Below are positions 56,116 through 64,000 of a stretch of DNA of 64,000 nucleotides, piece after piece. The position numbers were made by a program, and so were the translations under genes. The number at the start of each line of letters is the position of its first letter. Within the stretch, counting starts at the first letter, position 1. The stretch is from positions 32,001 to 96,000 of the IMG/VR virus record IMGVR_UViG_3300029286_002355. The stretch is one strand, 5' to 3'. This stretch comes from a virus. The notes under the pieces were generated by a model, which was given only the letters and a program-made list of their open reading frames with translations, had not been told where the DNA came from and ran no database searches.

Positions 56116-56406
56116 GTGAAAAAGAAGAACCGAAAAGCCATTAATAGGTCTGGAACTGAGGCCTGTTGCGTTTGTAAAAATATCGACTTTCTTCATACCC
56201 ATCATATCAACGGAAGAGACATTCCCAACTCTGACCACGCTTCAAATCTTGCGGATTTATGTCCTTCGTGCCATAATCGGGTTCATATGGGGGAAGTCAT
56301 TATAGAGCGTTGGGTTATGACTTCGGCAGGACATGAATTGATATGGCATAAAAAGGGGGAAACAGGTCTTACAGGCGACAATTCTTCACCCTATGTTATT
56401 CCCTAG
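56116..56406 (+). CDS. Small HNH endonuclease
   Basis: CCVC..LHTHH...NLADLCPSCHNRVH; GTG start 6 nt after TATAAT (56104-56109). Confidence 0.75.
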   Translation: MKKKNRKAINRSGTEACCVCKNIDFLHTHHINGRDIPNSDHASNLADLCPSCHNRVHMGEVIIERWVMTSAGHELIWHKKGETGLTGDNSSPYVIP

Positions 56407-57496
56407 TTAATTCTCTATACAATGCTTCAATTTTGCCTTGGTCAACCGAATGTGGAATTGTGGAAGTTTTATATAGTTCTTTGAGATTTTCCATTCTCTT
56501 TTCCACCTCGTCCATTAGCTCTTCATACTGGAATTCTCCATTACGAATCTTCATAAGGTAATCTCTTTGTTTTCCTTCAAATCTAACAAGAGGGCATCCA
56601 TGAGTAAGAATATGCTCACCCGAAATTAAAAGTCGAAAAGTATGCATCATATTTTTAGCATCCCACTTCATGACCTTATTATCATGACCTATCCATCTAT
56701 TAGGATTTTTGTTATCTACCCACTCCTTATACTTTCTATGTTGCTGTAGGGCTTTTTCGTATTCGTTTTTATTATAGATCAAAATACCATAAAACTTATC
56801 CCACTCATCATCAATAGGAATACTTTCACATACCAACATATCATCCCCACGAAATACTCCTTTAGCTTGTTCTCCATAGTCATATAATCTATAAGTATCA
56901 GAAACGTGCTCTAATCCCGCTGCATGAAATCTACTTAAATCAAGACCAGATTTACTTAACGGCATAGGTCTCATGGGAAAAATAGCAGAGAAAATATCAA
57001 TATGTCTAACCCCCATAAAAAATGGAGATTTAATTACATGACAAAAATCTTCTTTAATAGGCTTTTTGAACATTTCTGGGTGATTAATCATTTTATTTTG
57101 ACCCGTCGCCTTTTCACATTGAGCCCTTGCATAAGCTATATGTGTAAAGAAACATTTTTTGGAAATAAAAAGATCTCTATATTTAATTAGCTCATCCATT
57201 TTTACTGTTTTAATATTGACACAATTATCTGGAATCCATAAAAGTTCTACGCAATTTGGATTTGATTTTTGTAATAACTCAAAAATTCTTTTTAGGCTGT
57301 AATAAACAATATCGTGTTTCTCGTCATTAATTTGCCCCGATGGTTCTGAAAGTCCAAGATATTCTAAAGAAGGGTTTATATATAGGCCACGAGTATCAAA
57401 ATCAGATTTTTCTGGAAGATGAAGATTATATGCCCTACTACCAGAGACACATTCAAAAATTATACGATCTGAATATTTAAGTTCATTAAGATTCAT
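56396..57496 (-). CDS. Pol-beta-superfamily nucleotidyltransferase (RlaP-like)
   Basis: VSGSRAYNL...SDFDTRG, KSNPNCVELLW, KNMMHTFRLL. Confidence 0.85.
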   Translation of the reverse strand: MNLNELKYSDRIIFECVSGSRAYNLHLPEKSDFDTRGLYINPSLEYLGLSEPSGQINDEKHDIVYYSLKRIFELLQKSNPNCVELLWIPDNCVNIKTVKMDELIKYRDLFISKKCFFTHIAYARAQCEKATGQNKMINHPEMFKKPIKEDFCHVIKSPFFMGVRHIDIFSAIFPMRPMPLSKSGLDLSRFHAAGLEHVSDTYRLYDYGEQAKGVFRGDDMLVCESIPIDDEWDKFYGILIYNKNEYEKALQQHRKYKEWVDNKNPNRWIGHDNKVMKWDAKNMMHTFRLLISGEHILTHGCPLVRFEGKQRDYLMKIRNGEFQYEELMDEVEKRMENLKELYKTSTIPHSVDQGKIEALYRELTRE

Positions 57497-58877
57497 AAGT
57501 TTTTGTGAGCGGAAACCCCGACATCTTCAGTGTCGTGGGTAAGCGAACATCTTTTGATATTTTCTTCCGCTTCTCTCCTTTGTCTTATATTATACTCATT
57601 ATCTGCCAAAAATCAAGGAAAAAGAAAATTAAAATATTTTCACTTTCTTAGAGGATTTTAAAAAGTTTCATAGAACTAATAAGACATAACAAAACTATGA
57701 AAGTTCTTAAAACATATAAACTAAAACTTGATGGAGATTTTTCTAACATTTCTTCCGTTTCTAATTCCTATCTCCAAGCTATAAACTGGATGTCTGAAAT
57801 TATATATAACAAACATAAATCTTCTTCAATCAAAGATGTAAAACCTGATAACCCCAATAAACTATCAAAAGAATATTACTCCGTCATTAGAGAAAAATTC
57901 AAGCTGACTAGTCAACTAACACAATCCCTCTTCCGTCATCTTATGGGAACTTATTGGTCTATGAAATCTAATGGAAACTGGGAACTAGCTATATATAAGA
58001 AACCTACTATTCCCGTATGCTGGAAAAGAGATTTTAATGTTTCAAATAGAAATGGACTTACAATCTGGAGAAACAAATTTTCTTATAAATCTAAAGAATT
58101 ACCCACTGGAAGCTGGAAAGATTCTAAAATAAAACTAATCAAAGAACAATGGTATCTTATACTTACAATAGAGCTTGAATCTAAGGAACAAAAAATCGAA
58201 GGAAGCATTATTGGGGTTGACAGAGGAATTAAAAATATTTTAGTTGCCACAAACTTGTCTACAAATAAAACACTATATATAAAGGGAGGAAAGTTAAATC
58301 ACAAGAGAAAGTGCATTAGACAGACTAAAAGTAAAGTTGCTAGTGTTGGTACTCAATCCGCTAAGAGATTATTAAAAAGACTTAGTGGAAAAGAGAAATC
58401 CGTAACACAAGAAATGCTACATATTGCTTCAAAAGAGTTAGTAACATTTGCCGAGTCTCAAAATGCAAAAACAATAGTAATGGAAAAATTAACTCATTAT
58501 CGCAAAAACCAAAAGAACCAAGGAAGGGTATTAAATAGGATGAAGCATTCTTGGCCTTATGCAAAAGCTGGATTCTTTATTGAATATAAGGCATTGGATA
58601 AGGGCATGGAAGTCAAGTATGTAAATCCTAGAGATACTAGTAGAAGTTGTCCTAAATGTGGCAATGTATCGAAAGAGAATAGAAATGGGTTAATGTTCTG
58701 TTGTGTTTCTTGTGGCTATAAAGACAATTCTGATCGTGTTGGAAGTATTAATATTTCTATGCGATCTGTTCTTCTAAGGCAAGCCGAGGAAGAACGAGCC
58801 TCAATCAATAGGCTTAAAGTAACAGAGAGTAATCTTTAGTTACAAACCCAATGATCTTTAGTCATTGGGTAGTTGAT
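57497..58877 (+). mobile_element. IS200/IS605-family tnpB-only element 3
   Basis: LE hairpin after TTCAT (57492-57496); RE 58843-58877 identical (35 nt) to that of element 1. Confidence 0.88.
57697..58839 (+). CDS. tnpB: RNA-guided endonuclease TnpB
   Basis: IGVDRG, IVMEKL, VNPRDTSRSCPKCG, CVSCG..DNSDRVGSINI. Confidence 0.92.
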   Translation: MKVLKTYKLKLDGDFSNISSVSNSYLQAINWMSEIIYNKHKSSSIKDVKPDNPNKLSKEYYSVIREKFKLTSQLTQSLFRHLMGTYWSMKSNGNWELAIYKKPTIPVCWKRDFNVSNRNGLTIWRNKFSYKSKELPTGSWKDSKIKLIKEQWYLILTIELESKEQKIEGSIIGVDRGIKNILVATNLSTNKTLYIKGGKLNHKRKCIRQTKSKVASVGTQSAKRLLKRLSGKEKSVTQEMLHIASKELVTFAESQNAKTIVMEKLTHYRKNQKNQGRVLNRMKHSWPYAKAGFFIEYKALDKGMEVKYVNPRDTSRSCPKCGNVSKENRNGLMFCCVSCGYKDNSDRVGSINISMRSVLLRQAEEERASINRLKVTESNL

Positions 58878-58882
58878 GAGGG

Positions 58883-58910
58883 ATTATAACAGAAACAATA
58901 AGGAAATCAA
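58883..58910 (-). promoter_or_regulatory. Original promoter of the nucleotidyltransferase gene, displaced by element 3
   Basis: TTGATT-16-TATAAT; after in-silico excision it lies 5 nt from the ATG. Confidence 0.6.
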
Positions 58911-58913
58911 GCT

Positions 58914-59150
58914 TTAAATAGGGCGAAATGCTTTACCTGAGAAATGTAGTTTTTCGACAAACATTTGAAGGCGTGATTTAGGGGCCGTAAAAAGTAACCC
59001 ATTATCTTTTTCTTCTACTTTAATTCCATACTGACGAGCTACAGACCCAACAGTTCCTAGAACATCTCCATGGGTTTTTACTCGCATATCTATTAATGTT
59101 TCGTAAGGTGAAATTCCGCACCAAACCGATAATGTAGGTTGCTTTTCCAT
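58914..59150 (-). CDS. Hypothetical protein
   Basis: 78-aa ORF. Confidence 0.65.
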   Translation of the reverse strand: MEKQPTLSVWCGISPYETLIDMRVKTHGDVLGTVGSVARQYGIKVEEKDNGLLFTAPKSRLQMFVEKLHFSGKAFRPI

Positions 59151-59202
59151 GATATTTATTTCAAAAGAAGGTAGTTGAATCCCTTCTTATGAAAAATTTA
59201 CT

Positions 59203-59553
59203 ATGCGTCGTTCTTCTAAAAAGAAAAAACACAAAAGAGACAGTAAAAATAATCTCTATAAAATAACCCATCGACTCTACAATGAAATTAGAGAAAACCC
59301 AGAAGCCTTAAAACTTAAAAAATTACGTGGATATCAAGGCGAATACGACATGACAACAGAAAATATTCTGGTTGATTACCGCAAAATGTTTTTCCCAACC
59401 CTTATCCATGAGTATTTTCACAAATGGAACGAAGAAAAAAATGAAACTTGGATTCTTAATAAGGAACGCACAATCATCAATAGCATATCCGTAAGGCAAA
59501 TTGTCAATCTCATTAAGATTTTAGCTATGTCTCTATCTAGCAGAGAAAAATAA
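59203..59553 (+). CDS. Small HExxH protein (possible minimal metallopeptidase)
   Basis: TLIHEYFH. Confidence 0.55.
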   Translation: MRRSSKKKKHKRDSKNNLYKITHRLYNEIRENPEALKLKKLRGYQGEYDMTTENILVDYRKMFFPTLIHEYFHKWNEEKNETWILNKERTIINSISVRQIVNLIKILAMSLSSREK

Positions 59554-60030
59554 CTATTCAACGTGAGAAATCTTTTTGTCCCATTCTCCTAATTCAACAA
59601 GAGTATCTTTAACGATCAACCAATCACTCATGCCCTCAAATCCAGCTTTATCTTCAAGCATGATATCTAAATACATTTTTTCAGAAAAATCACATAGCTC
59701 ATTATTTTCGCATTCAGGGTTGCAATTAACATAATCAAATCTTATGTGATATTGGTTAATCCAACTCAAAATATCATCAATAGCTTCCGCATGGCTGGAA
59801 GTATAAAGAATTATACACATATCTTTACGATTAGTAAGCCACCTAAGTACTTCTTCTGCATGGGGATACATACATCTTCCATCGTTATTCCGTGTATAGG
59901 TTCCGGGAATTATAACGTCATGAAGATCGATGGCCCAGTACATAGGATATTTCCAATTACCATGCTCGTCTTTCTTTTCACGCTTCTTTTTTTTGTCAAA
60001 GGCTCTAACAATAGCATTTTTAAGCGACAT
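59554..60030 (-). CDS. HAD-superfamily phosphatase-like protein
   Basis: WAIDLHDVI, ILYTS, KMYLDIMLEDKAGF; SD aggagg. Confidence 0.7.
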   Translation of the reverse strand: MSLKNAIVRAFDKKKKREKKDEHGNWKYPMYWAIDLHDVIIPGTYTRNNDGRCMYPHAEEVLRWLTNRKDMCIILYTSSHAEAIDDILSWINQYHIRFDYVNCNPECENNELCDFSEKMYLDIMLEDKAGFEGMSDWLIVKDTLVELGEWDKKISHVE

Positions 60031-61207
60031 GTTTTTCCTCCTGTTCCCATTTATTTTTGACCCATACAATACATGAACGGGTTAATCCTGTCAATGAAAT
60101 TATTTCATCAACATCAAAAATGCCTGCACAAAGATATTTTCTTATCAATTGTTTTCGTTCATCTGCTATTTCTTTCCTAGATTTCACTTCAGTATTTATA
60201 TTCACTTTTGACCATTTTCTAGACATTATGGGCAACTTAAATTCAATAGCCTTCCGCTTCATTGCCTTAATTAACCTAACATCTGGAATTTCCCACTTAA
60301 CAGCCCTGTCTCGTTTTTCTAATGGCATATTTTCATAATGAACAATTCCAATGTGTTTTGCTTTTGAATTCTTTTCCAATCCAAAATATCCATACAAGAA
60401 TGGCTCGAATTGTTCAAATATCGACATCCAAGCTTTGTAGGCCGTATAGGTTACAAAAGGGAATTTACCATTTTTTTGCTGCTTTAACATAATGCAACCG
60501 TCTCCATCCGTATAGCCAACAATCAAGCAAAACAGTTCGTCAGGTTTCAAAGAGAATAGTTTTGTTGGAGGGTTATAGGTTTTAACTTGTGACGATTCTA
60601 ACCCCATCTTATCCATCAGGGTTCTAATGGTGACTATATCGTTAACATGAACACCCAATGCATCATGCGTTTCGTCTTTTACAACGACATTAACTGTTGC
60701 ATTTATGAATTTTGCAAACTTTCGCACAGATGACAAATCTTTCCTTGCCAATGTAAACTTCAATGCGTTATACTGCTTATCGTATTTTTTGCTTTTATCT
60801 CCACTAAAGCATCCATCGGCTAGAATAAATCCTATCCAATAATAAGATTCTGGTGAATTATCTAATATTCTTTTTAGATTGTTATTGGTTGTTTTTTCTA
60901 CTGGCCTTACTCGATACTTATTCATTCGTGCATAAACATTCGAATATTTCAGATTTAATTCTTTTGCAACATCTGATGGGGATTTTGTCTTTAAAAGATC
61001 AAGAATCTTTTCATCTATGGATTTTATTTTCACCCAATGTCCACTTCGGCTTAATCCATAATGCCTTGCTGTGGTATTGATTCCATTCCAACTTCTATTT
61101 GGGAACAAACTAATTAACGCCTGTTTACTTTCTGTTGGGAACTTTTCTTTAAGAAGCAGTAAATCTTCTTTAGACCATCGTGATTTAATATACGCTGTAT
61201 TATTCAT
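60020..61207 (-). CDS. LAGLIDADG homing endonuclease
   Basis: YWIGFILADG and IVGYTDGDG; N-terminal HTH-like repeats. Confidence 0.9.
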   Translation of the reverse strand: MNNTAYIKSRWSKEDLLLLKEKFPTESKQALISLFPNRSWNGINTTARHYGLSRSGHWVKIKSIDEKILDLLKTKSPSDVAKELNLKYSNVYARMNKYRVRPVEKTTNNNLKRILDNSPESYYWIGFILADGCFSGDKSKKYDKQYNALKFTLARKDLSSVRKFAKFINATVNVVVKDETHDALGVHVNDIVTIRTLMDKMGLESSQVKTYNPPTKLFSLKPDELFCLIVGYTDGDGCIMLKQQKNGKFPFVTYTAYKAWMSIFEQFEPFLYGYFGLEKNSKAKHIGIVHYENMPLEKRDRAVKWEIPDVRLIKAMKRKAIEFKLPIMSRKWSKVNINTEVKSRKEIADERKQLIRKYLCAGIFDVDEIISLTGLTRSCIVWVKNKWEQEEKHVA

Positions 61208-61352
61208 GGCATATTATTCTATATTCATTGTAATATTCCTGCATAAATTTACAAAAATATTTTTCGCCATTTTGCCAGTACATTCGTGGCCACTTTTCCC
61301 ATCCCCTCTTGATTTTCTTTTCAAAGGCTCTTTTTATAGCATGTTGAAGCAT
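61200..61352 (-). pseudogene. Orphaned duplicate of the HAD gene 5' end (50-aa ORF)
   Basis: MLQHAIKRAFEKKIKRGWEKWPRMYW... versus MSLKNAIVRAFDKKKKR...WKYPMYW; SD aggag and promoter 61376-61403. Confidence 0.7.
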
Positions 61353-61409
61353 TGTATTCTCCTATTGTTTCGAGCATTGTAACAGATTGGGAAAGAAAGT
61401 CAAGGGAAA

Positions 61410-61760
61410 TCAATCTATGTCCCAATTCTGCTGACCGCATATGGGGCACTTCAATTGATCTTTTTTGGCCTTAAATTCATCATATGTTTTAACTAGCATT
61501 TTTCGAATTCTTTTGGCTCTACGCTCTAATTCCCAAGCCACATAATCAGTTCCAGTGCAATAAGTTTTTCCTTTATCATCTATGTGCATTGGAATAAGAA
61601 GATTTTCTCTAAAAAATGATATGTCAAAATATAGTTTTTCTATCATTAAATCTTGGAACCAATGCATATCTTGGTTAAAATTAACTGGATTATAATATTT
61701 ATCCCAGAAATCATCTTGAGACCAATGACAATTTTTTGTGTGACAGTGTAAATAAGCCAT
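61410..61760 (-). CDS. Hypothetical protein
   Basis: 116 aa, C-terminal CPICG. Confidence 0.7.
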   Translation of the reverse strand: MAYLHCHTKNCHWSQDDFWDKYYNPVNFNQDMHWFQDLMIEKLYFDISFFRENLLIPMHIDDKGKTYCTGTDYVAWELERRAKRIRKMLVKTYDEFKAKKDQLKCPICGQQNWDID

Positions 61761-61770
61761 AATTCTCCCT

Positions 61771-62676
61771 TTATTCCAACCATTTAGGAATTGGCAAACC
61801 GCTTTTTGTTCTAACTACTTCGGCAATAGAAGATAAACGATCTTCTGATTTAGAATGATATTTAGGAGACATTTCTATACCTATGTAATGCCGCTTCATT
61901 TTCTTAGCAACCGCACAACTTGTTCCACTTCCTGAAAAAGGATCTAAAACAATATCGTCTTCGTAGGTAAGTTGATCTATTAACCTACAAGGAAGTTCTT
62001 CGGGAAAGCAAGCTGGATGATCGTACTTTTTCATCATTTGTCCTTCGCAAGGGAAAGACCATAATGCTCTTGAATTTCTGATAAAGTTTTCTTTAGATAC
62101 GGTTATTTTAGACTTATCTCCTTCGTGCTTTAGTGTTCCTTTACTAACAACAATGATAAACTCGAATTGTGTAGGGAAAGATGGGCAGGAGGGACTTTGC
62201 CAAGACCCCCAAGCGGTAGAAGCTCCTATTTGATTTTTATCCCATACTATTGTGGTCATCATTTGAAAGGGTTTATAAATTTCTGGAGCATCTTGCCAAT
62301 CATTTCCGCTATCAACAACAAAACAACCACGACAGATTTCCCTAGTTAACATATGGGTAAAATCTGCATGGGATGGAACAGAACCATTGGCTCCATCTCC
62401 AATGTTTATACAAAGTCTACCCCCAACCTTAAGAACCCTATTGCATTGATAGAATAATTTCTTCATCCAGTTCAAATAGTCTTCATAAGGCATATTATCA
62501 TCATAGGAATCATAGCTATCAACTTTGTGCTTATTACCCACTCCCAATGAAACGTTGTACGGAGGACTTGTAACAATAAGGTCAACAGAACAGGCCGGGA
62601 TAGAGGGCATAACATCTTCCCATTTGCCAAGGTGAATTTTATCAATTATTTCTTCTATAGTTTTCATATTACCCAC
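61771..62676 (-). CDS. DNA N4-cytosine/N6-adenine methyltransferase (beta class)
   Basis: VTSPPYN, HPACFP, VLDPFSGSGT. Confidence 0.93.
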   Translation of the reverse strand: MGNMKTIEEIIDKIHLGKWEDVMPSIPACSVDLIVTSPPYNVSLGVGNKHKVDSYDSYDDNMPYEDYLNWMKKLFYQCNRVLKVGGRLCINIGDGANGSVPSHADFTHMLTREICRGCFVVDSGNDWQDAPEIYKPFQMMTTIVWDKNQIGASTAWGSWQSPSCPSFPTQFEFIIVVSKGTLKHEGDKSKITVSKENFIRNSRALWSFPCEGQMMKKYDHPACFPEELPCRLIDQLTYEDDIVLDPFSGSGTSCAVAKKMKRHYIGIEMSPKYHSKSEDRLSSIAEVVRTKSGLPIPKWLE

Positions 62677-63191
62677 AGCGATGTATCCAAGATGCCATTA
62701 TTTACTTTATTCAAGTAAATAAGCATTTCGTTCCATTCAGAAAAGAAATGGTGCTCCTTAATAAACGTTGCCATCCAAGGGTTAAAATCATTTAACTGCT
62801 TTTTTTCATACTTAAGTAAAATTACTTTTTTCTCAAAAGTCGCAACCACCAATTCATGAATACTACCCACCATAGGAACTAATGGATCGTAGTTAAATAT
62901 AATAAAATCGCAATGATCTACCATCCTTAGATCACATCTGACAATCGGCCAAAACCCTCGTTTAACCTCTCCCCAGTCTCCTGAATTAACTAGGTCTCGA
63001 AATTTTTGTTTGTTTTTACCCACTTCGCTGAGATCAACACTCCCGTTTACTATTTTTTTACATGGATCAAGAACTTCCATACCATAACGATATAACGATG
63101 GTGTAATTTCATCTCGCCATATTGTCCCATCATCGTTAACCGAATGGATGGGGCCGGTCAAATAAACTTTTTTACCTTTTAAATAATTCAT
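62664..63191 (-). CDS. Nucleoside 2-deoxyribosyltransferase-like protein
   Basis: VYLTGPI, VLDP, DLRMVDHCD, GSIHEL. Confidence 0.75.
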   Translation of the reverse strand: MNYLKGKKVYLTGPIHSVNDDGTIWRDEITPSLYRYGMEVLDPCKKIVNGSVDLSEVGKNKQKFRDLVNSGDWGEVKRGFWPIVRCDLRMVDHCDFIIFNYDPLVPMVGSIHELVVATFEKKVILLKYEKKQLNDFNPWMATFIKEHHFFSEWNEMLIYLNKVNNGILDTSLWVI

Positions 63192-63700
63192 ATAGCCTCG
63201 ATTGTAGCAATATTGTTAAGTTCTAATTCCTGTTTCCATTCATTAAATTCTTCTTTTGATACCATGGAATATAGATTATTATGAAAAGGTTCTATTTTTG
63301 CTCTTCCTAATGTTTTCGCCTTATCGCTAACATCTTTTGCTTCCTTCAATCCCATTCCTGTTCTTCTTCTGACCGCTCTTATAAAATCTATTGGCTTTAA
63401 AACTGATGTAACCATTATACAAAAATCACATACATAATGTCTTGGATCTGGTAAAACAACTGTATTGCACATAATTGGAAAATTAAGTTCTAATAAATGA
63501 ACTTCTCCTGTAACTTCCCTAATAGCCTTCCTTTCTTCTATTCTGCCATCCCCACCACAATCTAAGCTACCCCTACCTTTAGCTGCTTTTTCGGCCTGAT
63601 TTCTTTCTGTAAAAACTCCTATTAGATGTCCGTTTCCCACGTTACCATAATCCCCATATACAGCTAAAACATCTATTATTTGATTCATATTTTGATTCAT
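63188..63700 (-). CDS. Hypothetical protein with a ribosomal L7/L12 C-terminal-like domain
   Basis: IDFIRAVRRRTGMGLKEAKD; start MNQNMNQ with SD aggag. Confidence 0.6.
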   Translation of the reverse strand: MNQNMNQIIDVLAVYGDYGNVGNGHLIGVFTERNQAEKAAKGRGSLDCGGDGRIEERKAIREVTGEVHLLELNFPIMCNTVVLPDPRHYVCDFCIMVTSVLKPIDFIRAVRRRTGMGLKEAKDVSDKAKTLGRAKIEPFHNNLYSMVSKEEFNEWKQELELNNIATIEAI

Positions 63701-63719
63701 ATTTTGCTCTCCTAACAGG

Positions 63720-63974
63720 CTAGTTAACAGATTTGAAACGTTTCGCATCAGGGTTCTTGTCGTTCTGATGATATTTAAATTGATTGCAATTATTGGCATT
63801 ACTAAGAGTAAATGGACATTTGAATTTCGAAGAATCTTCCGTGTCCTCGTCAAATAATTCGTCAAATACTTTTTCTGCACAAAGGAGGCCATACGTTTCA
63901 TCGTCCAATTGATGACTGCAAAAAGTATGAGGACTATCCCAATACCCATAAGTGTTTTTGTCTATAAATTTCAT
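63720..63974 (-). CDS. Hypothetical protein
   Basis: 84-aa ORF, SD ggag. Confidence 0.6.
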   Translation of the reverse strand: MKFIDKNTYGYWDSPHTFCSHQLDDETYGLLCAEKVFDELFDEDTEDSSKFKCPFTLSNANNCNQFKYHQNDKNPDAKRFKSVN

Positions 63975-64000
63975 ATTTTGCTCTCCAATCTGGCTCCACC

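Noticed and set aside
1-64000. Stop-codon reassignment, tRNA genes, CRISPR arrays
   Set aside because: Known enzymes are full length under code 11 and end in TAA, TAG or TGA; no cloverleaf or regular repeat-spacer pattern was noticed by eye (tRNAscan-SE/CRISPR finders not run).

Overview
AT-rich, gene-dense segment with nearly all genes on the minus strand. It is most consistent with the early/middle region of a large (jumbo/huge) bacteriophage using genetic code 11; phage origin is inferred from gene content, and no structural genes, tRNAs or CRISPR arrays were seen. Content: (i) DNA metabolism (NAD-dependent LigA, RecJ, 5'-3' flap exonuclease, RuvB-like ATPase, two DNA methyltransferases) and a sigma70-family sigma factor; (ii) RNA repair genes (RtcB, a T4 Rnl1-like ligase split into two genes by a naturally split intein, an RlaP-like nucleotidyltransferase, phosphoesterases); (iii) NAD+ salvage enzymes PncA, PncB and NadE alongside NAD consumers (WGR-PARP, a second ART-like protein, LigA) and PPK2; (iv) a TerY-P-like vWA/PP2C/kinase triad; (v) a host-like envelope module (vWA lipoprotein, PspA, SBP-OmpA ABC transporter, AAA ATPase); (vi) many selfish elements: three tnpB-only IS200/IS605 elements with resolvable ends, plus GIY-YIG, HNH, LAGLIDADG, Vsr-like and zinc-ribbon-repeat endonucleases. 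The most unusual signals are a sequence-divergent but structurally repeated pseudoknot/switch leader RNA in front of three endonuclease loci, the split-intein RNA ligase, two LAGLIDADG genes that duplicate and replace the 5' end of their target gene, and a second promoter class (AGG-N14/15-YATAGAA) confined to mobile and plus-strand genes. All calls come from manual motif reading; no searches were run.
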